This document shows positions 18,283-26,916 of a stretch of 32,788 nt of DNA, one piece after another. The notes under the pieces are model-generated. The model had not been told where the DNA came from. It was given only the letters and a program-made list of their open reading frames with translations, and searched no databases. The DNA comes from a virus (Duplodnaviria; Caudoviricetes). Within the stretch, counting starts at the first letter, position 1. Each line of letters begins with the position of its first letter. The stretch lies in the IMG/VR virus record IMGVR_UViG_3300003369_000003, positions 1 to 32,788 of that record; one strand, written 5' to 3'. The position numbers and the translations under genes are program-made.

Positions 18283-18485
18283 AGGGAGTATATTATTAAA
18301 CCGATTATTGTTATCGCTGATCCTATTATTGACCAACCAAACGCCTTGTATGAATTAGCTAATTGGTCTTCTCTTTTACCTTGTCCAAAGTCAACTAAGG
18401 CTTCTTCAACCGCTTCTTGTGTTAAAGGTTCGCCACTCATTTCGTCATTAAAGTATTTTCTTGCTTTTTGTTTTAGTGTTTTCAT
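18240..18485 (-). CDS. hypothetical membrane protein
   Basis: One TM segment. ATGA-type overlap with the upstream gene. Confidence 0.55.
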   Translation of the reverse strand: MKTLKQKARKYFNDEMSGEPLTQEAVEEALVDFGQGKREDQLANSYKAFGWSIIGSAITIIGLIIYSLCNTRSKFPIPARR

Positions 18486-18931
18486 TTTGTTTGTTGTTTT
18501 TGTTTCCAATTCGGATCGGGGTCGGGTATGTTAGCGTTAAGATATTCGCTACAATAATTACGAATAGCATTACAGTAAGTCATTTCTTGAATTGTAACGA
18601 ACTCTGATTTGCTAAGTGGTATCTTTAAGACTTCACCAGTCTCTCGATTCATAACCTCTTTATTCGCAAACATTGACTTCCAAAATAGGTCTACTTGATC
18701 AACATTCACAAATTCATAGCCGGCATCATTTAAGGCAACCATTGAAAGAGGGTAACACACACTATACAAATACGAAAATTGCAGATGAGTAGCCTTCCTG
18801 TGGAACTTCTCAATGGTTTCTCTGTATCTTCCTTTTGGGAGTGCATCAAGCTCTCGTTGTCTTAATTCGGGATTCAAGACCGTGTATGGCTTCCCATCCT
18901 CCTTATCTACTATATACCGTATTGGTTTCAT
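18482..18931 (-). CDS. NinB-like recombination protein
   Basis: RKATHLQFSYLY ... SKSEF...EM..Y...I..Y..E.L...IPDP resembles NinB/Orf-family proteins. Located in the recombination module. Confidence 0.6.
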   Translation of the reverse strand: MKPIRYIVDKEDGKPYTVLNPELRQRELDALPKGRYRETIEKFHRKATHLQFSYLYSVCYPLSMVALNDAGYEFVNVDQVDLFWKSMFANKEVMNRETGEVLKIPLSKSEFVTIQEMTYCNAIRNYCSEYLNANIPDPDPNWKQKQQTK

Positions 18932-18978
18932 TATTCGTTATTTAAGTTTATTAGGTAAATATTAAATAAGACACATTG

Positions 18979-19269
18979 CTATTTAAACTCGTTTTCCAAA
19001 TCCAATGTGTTCAGCCAATCAGCAACTACTTTTAGTGTGTTCAGCCTGATTCCAATCTCCTGAAACCATAGCGTTTTGCCTTTGAATGTCTTTAACGGCA
19101 ACGCTAAATCTGCATAGATTGGGTCTTTCGATAAGATGTACTTGTGCAAATATAATGCAACATCTGATTTGTCATTGCCATACACAAAGAAGTGGTTGTT
19201 GCACCTGTCTCCTCCGTTTGTTCTGTTCTTGATTGTAAGCGTCTTGCTTCGTTTCATAAAGTTTGCCAT
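18979..19269 (-). CDS. hypothetical protein
   Basis: 96-aa ORF. Confidence 0.6.
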   Translation of the reverse strand: MANFMKRSKTLTIKNRTNGGDRCNNHFFVYGNDKSDVALYLHKYILSKDPIYADLALPLKTFKGKTLWFQEIGIRLNTLKVVADWLNTLDLENEFK

Positions 19270-19302
19270 AGTTATTTAAGTTTTCTCTAAAAAAATTAAT
19301 TT

Positions 19303-19328
19303 AAAGGGGGTCGAAATTAACCCCCTTT
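19303..19328 (-). terminator. terminator-like hairpin
   Basis: AAAGGGGGT..ACCCCCTTT stem flanked by A/T runs. Confidence 0.6.
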
Positions 19329-19341
19329 GGTTTTTCCCGCA

Positions 19342-19599
19342 CTATCCGATATAATGCAATATCGTCTTAATTTTACCGTCTTTCAGCTTAATCCTTTGCC
19401 TCACTCGTACAAACTTGCTGACTTTGGTAACGCTTAGGGGTATGTTTTTTCCGTTCCCGAAAAATCTGCCCTCTGTCTCACGCCTTGCCTTTCGATTCGG
19501 CAAAACGCTGATGTACCTATCTTTTATCGGATTGGAAAGGGTTGTTACGCCCTCTCCGTCCGTCTTGTAAATCTTTTGGTATGGTATATTTCGGTTCAT
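19342..19599 (-). CDS. hypothetical basic protein
   Basis: 85-aa ORF. Confidence 0.6.
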   Translation of the reverse strand: MNRNIPYQKIYKTDGEGVTTLSNPIKDRYISVLPNRKARRETEGRFFGNGKNIPLSVTKVSKFVRVRQRIKLKDGKIKTILHYIG

Positions 19600-19601
19600 A
19601 C

Positions 19602-19874
19602 CTATTGCTTTTTCAGGAAGTCCGGCACATCATCTTCCGGCATATCTTCACCATGTGGTGGGTCGTTCTGCTTTGGTTGTGGTACAAATGGCGGTTTAAT
19701 TGAGAAAGATAAAAACTCACCTCCGCTTCGCATTGGCTTTTTCCAAATGGAAACTTCCAGTTTTTCACCACTCGGTGTTACTATCTCACCCTGAAAATCG
19801 GGCTGTGTGTCTTTTGTCTTTTGTTTCGGAAAGGCTGAACCTTGTCCTGCTTTTACTTGATAATCTGTTGCCAT
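19602..19874 (-). CDS. putative single-stranded DNA-binding protein
   Basis: QPDFQG..LEVSIW..FLSFSIK core and acidic DDVPDF tail, next to the recombinase genes. Confidence 0.7.
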   Translation of the reverse strand: MATDYQVKAGQGSAFPKQKTKDTQPDFQGEIVTPSGEKLEVSIWKKPMRSGGEFLSFSIKPPFVPQPKQNDPPHGEDMPEDDVPDFLKKQ

Positions 19875-19878
19875 AATC

Positions 19879-20805
19879 TTACTTTAATTTGATTTTAATT
19901 GTTTCCTTCACTTGTGATATTTTAATGTATTTTTCTGCCTCCGCAGGGTTGTTCTCCTTGAATCTTTTAGTGTCGAACAGCTCCTTTGTGTAAGGCTCTA
20001 CATAGGTTACAATTACCTGTTCGCCCTCCATCTTCTTAACGCCATATTCGGTCATCTGCTGCAACAAAAACGCTTTTAGATTTTCTAAATTGGTTTGCTT
20101 TATCGCAAGTTCCTTTTGTGTGGTTTGTATAAAACTCTCCAGATCGGCAACCTTTTGCAGTTGTTGGTTCATCTCTTCGGTCAGTATGGCGGGTAGTTCT
20201 ACCGGTAGAACAAAAGGCTGCCCGTATTGTTCCGCATCCATAAGGCTTTTCACCCGTTCGTCTGGCTTTCTCTCCACCTCGACAAACTTGTGTTTTGTGC
20301 CTCGCAGCCATATACCATACAGCTTACGGACTTTAAGGTGCGGATTCTGTTGCTCGAAAAGGTATGCACTTACGGATAGCTGCCAAGAGAGGGATTCCAT
20401 ATCCAGTTCGCTTGTGGTCTTTACATCGCCCAAGTCGATAAGCCCCTCTTGCGGTTCGCCGACTATGATGACCTTGTCGATTTTGGTTGCATAGTAAACA
20501 AGGTCAGATACCAGATACTCATTGTCTAAAACAACTATGTTATTTTTCTGCTTCATCCCTATCCATTTCTGGGCTTCTGTGCCCTCTGCATACCCGAACC
20601 TGTCGGCCATCTCGCATTGTTCGTGTATCAGCGTACCTCGTTCGGCTGCAAACCTCAACACCTCTTCGCTTATGCCTTCGTATTTAGAAGGGTTGATATG
20701 TTTTCCGTACAGGTGTGATGTGCCATGTAGTTGCAGTTCTTCGTGCCAATATTCGTGTATCGGGTCTGGTATGTATCTTACGGGTGATTGGTTTAGTTGC
20801 ATCAT
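19879..20805 (-). CDS. PD-(D/E)XK exonuclease (YqaJ/Cas4-like)
   Basis: AAERGTLIH, E..V..Y.TKID..DVKT and WQLS.Y motifs. Confidence 0.8.
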   Translation of the reverse strand: MMQLNQSPVRYIPDPIHEYWHEELQLHGTSHLYGKHINPSKYEGISEEVLRFAAERGTLIHEQCEMADRFGYAEGTEAQKWIGMKQKNNIVVLDNEYLVSDLVYYATKIDKVIIVGEPQEGLIDLGDVKTTSELDMESLSWQLSVSAYLFEQQNPHLKVRKLYGIWLRGTKHKFVEVERKPDERVKSLMDAEQYGQPFVLPVELPAILTEEMNQQLQKVADLESFIQTTQKELAIKQTNLENLKAFLLQQMTEYGVKKMEGEQVIVTYVEPYTKELFDTKRFKENNPAEAEKYIKISQVKETIKIKLK

Positions 20806-21449
20806 TGGGTCAGTTTCTTATTATGTGCATTTAGCAGGTCGTTAAATTCCTTGCAGTGTACAGCCTTGTTCTCGCTCCAATACTTACCCAATTCCGATTT
20901 TGTGGTGATCTTTGCTATTTCGGCCTCATACTTTGCTTTGTCAAATGCTAACGGAGTGGGTGGCGTGGCTACCACTTTGGGTGCGGCGGGTGCTTTGGGT
21001 TGAGTTGCTTCTGCCTGAACATCGTATTTGGTGCGGTCTTTTCCAAAATAAACATCTGCACCCATTCCCAACGATTTGCAGGCAACAGAAAGAGCATCGG
21101 TAAATGCCATTTTGAAACACTCATCCGAAGTATAGAGTCCTTTAGTTTCATTGGTCACAAAAGATGATCCGCCAAGTCCGGGTATTGCTTCACTCCAAAC
21201 ATCGTTAACTCTGATAAATAGGTTAATGGTCACAAAGGCTGCAAATTCTTTATTACCGCCCTCCTTTAGTTCCTGCGATATAATCTCGTATTTCCACCCA
21301 AAGCCACATAGCCCGAATTGTTCGGTAAGCGTTTTTATTCTCCACATTGGGTTTATATCTGTAAAGCCCTTTAGCCTACCGCCGATAATTTCTTTTTGCG
21401 CCTCTTTTGGCACAACTCTAAATTTGTTGTAAATCGTTAAATTTTCCAT
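20802..21449 (-). CDS. Rad52/Sak-like single-strand annealing protein
   Basis: TDINPMWRI..LTEQFG.CG.GW and KMAFTDALSVACKSLG.GADVY. Likely start ATG 21449. Confidence 0.8.
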   Translation of the reverse strand: MENLTIYNKFRVVPKEAQKEIIGGRLKGFTDINPMWRIKTLTEQFGLCGFGWKYEIISQELKEGGNKEFAAFVTINLFIRVNDVWSEAIPGLGGSSFVTNETKGLYTSDECFKMAFTDALSVACKSLGMGADVYFGKDRTKYDVQAEATQPKAPAAPKVVATPPTPLAFDKAKYEAEIAKITTKSELGKYWSENKAVHCKEFNDLLNAHNKKLTQ

Positions 21450-21454
21450 TTTTA

Positions 21455-21694
21455 TTATTCTTTTATTGGTATTAATACTCTGCAACTTGGACAGCCACAA
21501 TCTTGGGCTTCAATATAATCATCTTCTGTTTCAAACTCATAGCCACAATACGGACAGATAAACATCTCTTCCGTCTTATTCATTCGTCTGTCGTCATTTC
21601 TCATTTCCGCATCGGTTTCAGCATCCAACCTTAAATCGTCTGCATCATTTTCTGGCTCGGTTGTAGGGTTTCCATCCCATGAAAATTGCTTCAT
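21455..21694 (-). CDS. small Zn-finger protein
   Basis: CPYC...CPSC. Confidence 0.6.
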   Translation of the reverse strand: MKQFSWDGNPTTEPENDADDLRLDAETDAEMRNDDRRMNKTEEMFICPYCGYEFETEDDYIEAQDCGCPSCRVLIPIKE

Positions 21695-21703
21695 TTTAAT
21701 CTA

Positions 21704-21965
21704 TTAATTTATATTATTTATATTTGCAAACTCACCATACAGTTCAATAGCCTTTGCGTTGTAAGCTTTTGCTGCTTCGATTTCAGATACGAAATAACCC
21801 AAATGAACTTGTTTGCTGTTAATCATTATAGTTGCCCGCCATTTGCTATAAGACTTATAAAAACTCACACCCTTATAAATAGAAGATACATTTCCCTGTT
21901 TCTGCCGGTTCATTTGATTTTCACCTCTCGTATAGAATCGCAAATTGCTTTTCTTGATTGTTCAA
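21704..21965 (-). pseudogene. truncated, frameshifted HNH-AP2 endonuclease (AP2 domain intact)
   Basis: AP2 motif SIYKGVS....KWRA.I.....HLGYF..E.EAAKAYN.KA.ELYGEFA. The upstream LNNQ/KSNLR HNH tail is broken by a 1-nt shift and the HNH core is absent. Confidence 0.65.
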
Positions 21966-22054
21966 CAAGGTAGACGATATACTCCCAATTAAATACCATG
22001 CAAATCGGTAACTTCTTATATCACTGGTTTCGTAAACATTAATCATAACTTATC

Positions 22055-22435
22055 TTATGCTTCGGATAATTCGAGACAAACTTCTGATAGAAGAGTTATG
22101 CCCTGTGCATTAATATAATTATCAACAGATTTTAATGCTTCTCCGCAAAAAGATTCTGAATGATTTGGTATAAACCCTCTCACTATATTATTGTAGTCAT
22201 TGTTTCCAATAAACCCTTTTAGAGGAACGAAATGTTCTAGAATTGTATATGAATGTAATTGTACTCCATCAAAGGTTATATATAAATAATCGTATTTATC
22301 TACTCCTATCGCAATAAAACGCTCTACTCTACAACCGCAAGAATTTATTATTACGAATTGTCCTTTGTGCTTATTGAATAAATCAACTGTCTCTGCTCTG
22401 TTTCGATTAGAAATGTTATAAATGCTTTCTTTCAT
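22055..22435 (-). CDS. hypothetical protein
   Basis: 126-aa ORF. Confidence 0.65.
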   Translation of the reverse strand: MKESIYNISNRNRAETVDLFNKHKGQFVIINSCGCRVERFIAIGVDKYDYLYITFDGVQLHSYTILEHFVPLKGFIGNNDYNNIVRGFIPNHSESFCGEALKSVDNYINAQGITLLSEVCLELSEA

Positions 22436-22449
22436 AATATTTATTGTGT

Positions 22450-22932
22450 TTAGTATATTTCTATTATCTCTCCCGATAGATAATAAATTCTAACATCGGG
22501 GCTGGTCTTGCCGTATCCACCCGCAATAAATTTTGCATATTGCTCTATGTCATTAAAATAGATCAAACCAACAAATCTGGCCATTCCTGACATGGTTCCT
22601 CCTTCCCAGCGTGGGGGAGCCAAACTTGGATATGAATCAAACACTTCATGCCAGTAGTCTTCTACTGCTTTGTTCTCTGGATAGGGATATTCAATTACAG
22701 CGGGATAACCTACCGTTTTCCAGATATTAAGCGGGATTTGTTTTATATATAACGGATTCCACCTATTTGAACAATTCGGACACATACAACTATCTTTAAT
22801 CATAGGCATAAATATATCTCTTGCTTGTTCTTTAGATTCTGCCTGTATTATTACAACACGGCAGACCTTATTATTTACCTCATATTGTCCGTTAGAAGCA
22901 AACTGCTCTATTTCGTAAAAATTAGTTTTCAT
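22450..22932 (-). CDS. conserved phage hypothetical protein with CxCxxC motif
   Basis: 160 aa containing VIIQAES.EQA and CMCPNCSNRW. Confidence 0.65.
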   Translation of the reverse strand: MKTNFYEIEQFASNGQYEVNNKVCRVVIIQAESKEQARDIFMPMIKDSCMCPNCSNRWNPLYIKQIPLNIWKTVGYPAVIEYPYPENKAVEDYWHEVFDSYPSLAPPRWEGGTMSGMARFVGLIYFNDIEQYAKFIAGGYGKTSPDVRIYYLSGEIIEIY

Positions 22933-22937
22933 CAGGT

Positions 22938-23351
22938 TTAGTTTATGTTAAAATATAAATCTACATCTTTTGAAGAACAATCTAAAAATTCCCCGTCTCT
23001 CAATCCCTCCTTGTTAAATAATTTATTTACAAGAGTAATTGGAAACTCCCCGTATGTTATATCTTCCATCGATTCTACCCAAAACCATTTTTTGAGCTTT
23101 TTGTGATATGCTTTTATTTTCATAATGTTATTTATTTTTATCCTCTCCCTTGCAGCATCTACTAATAACAGCTTAGTGTATCTTATTATTTCTTCTCTTA
23201 CCTTATAAGTCATAGGGGCTTGGTCTAAAGTAAGAAGCGGAGATTTTTCAATTTCAGTAACTAAGCGATTAAGTTTTTCTATTCTGCCGATAATGTCGTC
23301 TTGAAACTTTGTGAATACAAATTCGTCAATTTCTTTTTGTGGATAACTCAT
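22938..23351 (-). CDS. hypothetical protein
   Basis: 137-aa ORF directly downstream of a promoter. Confidence 0.55.
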   Translation of the reverse strand: MSYPQKEIDEFVFTKFQDDIIGRIEKLNRLVTEIEKSPLLTLDQAPMTYKVREEIIRYTKLLLVDAARERIKINNIMKIKAYHKKLKKWFWVESMEDITYGEFPITLVNKLFNKEGLRDGEFLDCSSKDVDLYFNIN

Positions 23352-23377
23352 AATGTTTTTGTTTTAATTTGTTTTAG

Positions 23378-23408
23378 CAAATGTAATACAATATTTTTAA
23401 TATGCAAA
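23378..23408 (-). promoter_or_regulatory. Bacteroidota promoter
   Basis: TTTG-N19-TACATTTG. Confidence 0.7.
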
Positions 23409-23419
23409 TTTTATTTAAC

Positions 23420-24199
23420 TTAATTTGAAAATAATTTACTATGTTGCTCTGCCAAGTGATTTTTAATCCTATCCTTTCCAATATTAAAATAGGTTTCGTA
23501 TTTTTCCATACAGATATAATTTCTATTAGTATTTATCGCTGCAATAGCGGTTGTAAAACTCCCCGCACAATTATCCAAAACTAAATCACCCTCGTTTGTA
23601 TAGGTCTTGATAAGATACTCAAATAAGGCTACGGGTTTTTGTGTAGGATGTAACCTATCTTTGTCAAAATCGAATTGTATTATATTTTTAGGGAAAGCTC
23701 CCTCGTTTATGTTTCTATTAAACGAATATCCAACAGACCCTTTTGTGGGAGTGTCTATGTCTTTTTGTTTATGATGTTGGTATTTATTTTGTTGCACATC
23801 TACGAATTGTGGGTTATATATCATTTTAATATTCCCAGTTGTAGATGAACTTGCCTTAGAAAAAACGCACACATCTTCTTGTTCTTTTATGGGTTGTCTA
23901 CTCGCCATTATAAAATTTCCATATCTATTTTTTTGCCATATCCACTGATACTTAAACATCTTCAAATTACTACAAACTAACAAAGAAGTAAACGGCTGAC
24001 TTGCTGTAAGCACTATCGCCCCATTATCTTTTATAATCCGCCTATACTGTTCCCACAAAAGTTCAAACGGTATAATCGTATCCCAATGGCACGCAGTCGA
24101 GCCATAAGGCGGGTCGCATAAAATTAGGTCGATAGACTTATCTTCAATATTTTTCATCAATTCAAGGCAATCGCCTAAATGTATACTATTCTTTTCCAT
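23420..24199 (-). CDS. orphan DNA methyltransferase (N6-adenine/N4-cytosine, beta class)
   Basis: GDCLELM, DPPY, HPTQKP and VLDNCAGS motifs. Confidence 0.92.
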   Translation of the reverse strand: MEKNSIHLGDCLELMKNIEDKSIDLILCDPPYGSTACHWDTIIPFELLWEQYRRIIKDNGAIVLTASQPFTSLLVCSNLKMFKYQWIWQKNRYGNFIMASRQPIKEQEDVCVFSKASSSTTGNIKMIYNPQFVDVQQNKYQHHKQKDIDTPTKGSVGYSFNRNINEGAFPKNIIQFDFDKDRLHPTQKPVALFEYLIKTYTNEGDLVLDNCAGSFTTAIAAINTNRNYICMEKYETYFNIGKDRIKNHLAEQHSKLFSN

Positions 24200-24561
24200 T
24201 TTGTAATTATTTCATTTATTCACATAAGGCACTTTATATCCCAGCATCTAATAGGATTTCCAAATAGTGTCATAATCTATTTACTGCTTATACTATATTC
24301 TATCAGGTTAACTTTCATTATGCTGGTCGTATGTCATCAGTGCCCGATGTTGCACACACTTTTTAATAGAATATAAATAAGGTAATCCGATTTTTTCAGC
24401 AATTATGTGCCGTCACTTGGTGTCCGATGTGTGAACCAATACCAAATAAAAACCGAAACCCAATATTGCGCGACCATTGTAAGGTAGTTTTGCGTTGGGC
24501 TTCGGCTCGTATGTTATTTGGTATTATACACAACAATTTACACAAAACTTCCTTACAAGTA

Positions 24562-24593
24562 CAAAGGTAAGCATAATTATTTAATATTACAAA
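24562..24593 (-). promoter_or_regulatory. Bacteroidota promoter followed by a structured leader
   Basis: TTTG-N20-TACCTTTG. Confidence 0.7.
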
Positions 24594-24616
24594 TATTGTT
24601 TGTTTATTGTATAAGA

Positions 24617-25441
24617 TCATTTAAAGTATGTTTTTATCTTCTCGTCTATATCCACCATACCTGAGCAAATATATCCTTCGGACATTGTAATAGAACTATG
24701 TCCCATGTATTTAGATATAGCGTATAAATCCAGCCCTCGTAGATATAGGTTCGTAGCGAATGTCCTACGAGCTGTGTGTGAAGATACCAACAGATACTTA
24801 GGCAGTACAACATCCTTCCCACCTCTAAAAACTTTCTCTTCTTGCCGGATGTTCGCTCTAAAACACAGCCGCTTGATGATTCGATCAAAAGCGGCCGTAG
24901 TAACGGGTTTAAGCATCTTTAGTTGTTCGAGTAAGTCCTTCACTATGGGTTTTAACGGCACGGTCGCCTCAGTCTTGGTCTTAATAGACACATAGGTCAG
25001 CCTGTCACCGTGAATATTGCTCTCACTAAGTTTCTCCGCATCGGATAGGCGGCAACCTGTGAACGATTCAATCGCAAACATAGTCCTAACGTATCGTTCG
25101 GCTTTAGACTTCATTGCCACCCGTATTAGTCGCTCAAGCTCCTCTTCCGACAGATAAACCGCTGTTGAGGCCTCTTTTCTTACGTTTAAGACAGTTTCGT
25201 AGTTCTTGCAAGGTATTTTAACATCCTCGCTTGCCCGATTGAACGTGGACTTTAAAATGCTTACATAGGTACGTACGGTGTTTGCCGAAAGAGTTTCCAA
25301 CATTCCCTTCTTGATCTTGAACAGATTGGATTTGGTCAGGTCGATCCATTCGGGTTGCTTGCCGATAAAGGCTTCAATCATCGGCAATAAGAATCTATAT
25401 TGCGGATATTGTTCAGTTAGATATTCGGAAAAGGTGTGCAT
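24617..25441 (-). CDS. tyrosine recombinase/integrase
   Basis: Catalytic set TGCRLSD, KTK, HTARRTFAT, MGHSS and EGY. Likely start ATG 25441, about 274 aa. Confidence 0.9.
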   Translation of the reverse strand: MHTFSEYLTEQYPQYRFLLPMIEAFIGKQPEWIDLTKSNLFKIKKGMLETLSANTVRTYVSILKSTFNRASEDVKIPCKNYETVLNVRKEASTAVYLSEEELERLIRVAMKSKAERYVRTMFAIESFTGCRLSDAEKLSESNIHGDRLTYVSIKTKTEATVPLKPIVKDLLEQLKMLKPVTTAAFDRIIKRLCFRANIRQEEKVFRGGKDVVLPKYLLVSSHTARRTFATNLYLRGLDLYAISKYMGHSSITMSEGYICSGMVDIDEKIKTYFK

Positions 25442-25443
25442 TA

Positions 25444-26211
25444 TTAAGAGTATTGAACGGCAGATTCTCGTGCGATAAAAAAATGTATACCTTTTGAGCA
25501 CTCATTGAACCTCTCCTCGTCAAAATCTGTAACGCTTACAATTTCGCCTATTTTGTATATAAACGAAGCGTCTTGATTAGATTCAATTTGTGTAATCTCC
25601 GCCTTTGACCCGTCAATATTTTGTATATCCAAAACTTCTGCCTCCGAGCATCTGCACTTTAGGGTTGTGGCAGAACTTCGTTTAGCATTTTCCGTTACCC
25701 TTAATTTGACAATATGATTAGATGCTTTTTTCCATCCAATAAACGCCCCCTCAGTTGGGCACTGGGATAATAAAAACCCTGTTCCCTCATTATGTATTAC
25801 TTTGCTAAGGTCGGCATTGCTAAGGTTGGCATAGCGAAGGTTGGCATAGCTAAGGTCGGCATAGCGAAGGTTGGCATAGCGAAGGTTGGCATAGCTAAGG
25901 TCGGCATTGCTAAGGTTGGCATAGCTAAGGTTGGCATAGCTAAGGTTGGCATAGCTAAGGTCGGCATAGCTAAGGTTGGCATAGCGAAGGTTGGCATAGC
26001 TAAGGTCGGCATAGCGAAGGTTGGCATAGCGAAGGTTGGCAGAGCTAAGGTTGGCATAGCTAAGGTTGGCAGAGCTAAGGTTGGCAGAGCTAAGGTTGGC
26101 AGAGGCTTTTATCGCCTCTAGTAAGGTTTCCCTTTGTGAATTGTTCTCGCTTTCCCACGAAAACAGAACATTTCCGTAAATACTTTTGATTTCAATTTTA
26201 ATCTTTTTCAT
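25444..26211 (-). CDS. pentapeptide-repeat protein with C-terminal DUF5758-like domain
   Basis: About 20 A(N/D)L(S/R)x repeats followed by FIGWKK..IVKL....A.RSSA...KCRCS.A.V...ECSKGIHFF. Confidence 0.9.
   Translation of the reverse strand: MKKIKIEIKSIYGNVLFSWESENNSQRETLLEAIKASANLSSANLSSANLSYANLSSANLRYANLRYADLSYANLRYANLSYADLSYANLSYANLSYANLSNADLSYANLRYANLRYADLSYANLRYANLSNADLSKVIHNEGTGFLLSQCPTEGAFIGWKKASNHIVKLRVTENAKRSSATTLKCRCSEAEVLDIQNIDGSKAEITQIESNQDASFIYKIGEIVSVTDFDEERFNECSKGIHFFIARESAVQYS
25802..26103 (-). repeat. 15-bp tandem repeat encoding the pentapeptide units
   Basis: (TAGC[T/G]AAGGT[T/C]GGCA)n on the + strand. Confidence 0.95.
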
Positions 26212-26240
26212 AATAATTTAATTTAACTTGGTTTATTTAG

Positions 26241-26441
26241 TGGAGCGAGTAGGAATCGAACCTACACGATATATAGTTTGTGTTAGTTTGCACCCTATTC
26301 GGGGATACTGGTTATGATTTTCACAAACCTTAAAGGATGGTTTTGCGTAACGACTATTTATCAAACTTGTGTACCGCAAACTTATTGCCCCATCCTATCT
26401 ATGCCCATAACAATAGCGTCTACCAATTCCGCCATCGCTCC
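26241..26441 (-). ncRNA. 201-nt tRNA-like RNA (Leu-type D arm) with ~150 nt between the D and T arms
   Basis: Perfect acceptor GGAGCGA/TCGCTCC+A, D arm TGGCGGAATTGGTAGACGC, perfect T arm GTAGG-TTCGATT-CCTAC. No canonical anticodon loop. Confidence 0.75.
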
Positions 26442-26656
26442 TTTTGGGCGGATTTTCGCCGCCTCATTCGTTTGTCAATGAACCTTATATCTCTCACTTG
26501 GTAACGGACTTACTGGCTTTGACTTGTTCGGGCTTATACTTCAAGATGCCACTTCTGTCTGATCTGTTTTCGTTCCTAAAGTTCAAGTGCTGTTATCGAA
26601 TCGTTCGGATTAGTGCCACGCTTGTACTTGTTCAACCTATCTCGGTAACTCTTTTG

Positions 26657-26687
26657 CAAAGGTAATAATGTTTTTGGACTTTGCAAA
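26657..26687 (-). promoter_or_regulatory. Bacteroidota promoter driving the leader / tRNA-like RNA / pentapeptide / integrase unit
   Basis: TTTG-N19-TACCTTTG. Confidence 0.7.
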
Positions 26688-26703
26688 TTTAATTTTTATC
26701 GTT

Positions 26704-26916
26704 TTAATTCTGTATTCGTTCAGGTAACTCATTCGACTTGAAGTCTCCATTGGCCAAAGTTAGTCTGATTAGTTTTCGTTTCGCTTTGCCCTCGCCTAAA
26801 TTCGTTCGGTCGATCAGGTCGGCATTGGATGTGAGCAAGGTATATGTGCCTTGTTTGGTCATTACAACTGCTTTCTGACAGCGTTCGGTGACTGGGTATA
26901 GGTTTAGATGTTTCAT
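26704..26916 (-). CDS. hypothetical protein
   Basis: 70 aa, ATGA overlap with the upstream gene. Confidence 0.6.
   Translation of the reverse strand: MKHLNLYPVTERCQKAVVMTKQGTYTLLTSNADLIDRTNLGEGKAKRKLIRLTLANGDFKSNELPERIQN

Noticed and set aside
24396-24620. 74-aa minus-strand ORF after the integrase
   Set aside because: It runs through a consensus promoter and the long leader hairpin, so it is more likely regulatory sequence.
25792-26121. ORFs with (AKVGI)n and (MPTLA)n repeats
   Set aside because: These are alternative-frame and antisense shadows of the pentapeptide gene's 15-bp repeat.
26241-26441. tmRNA or group I intron-containing tRNA-Leu
   Set aside because: There is no G3:U70 pair, a full D arm is present, there is no tag-like ORF, and the insert is short with no recognisable group I core.
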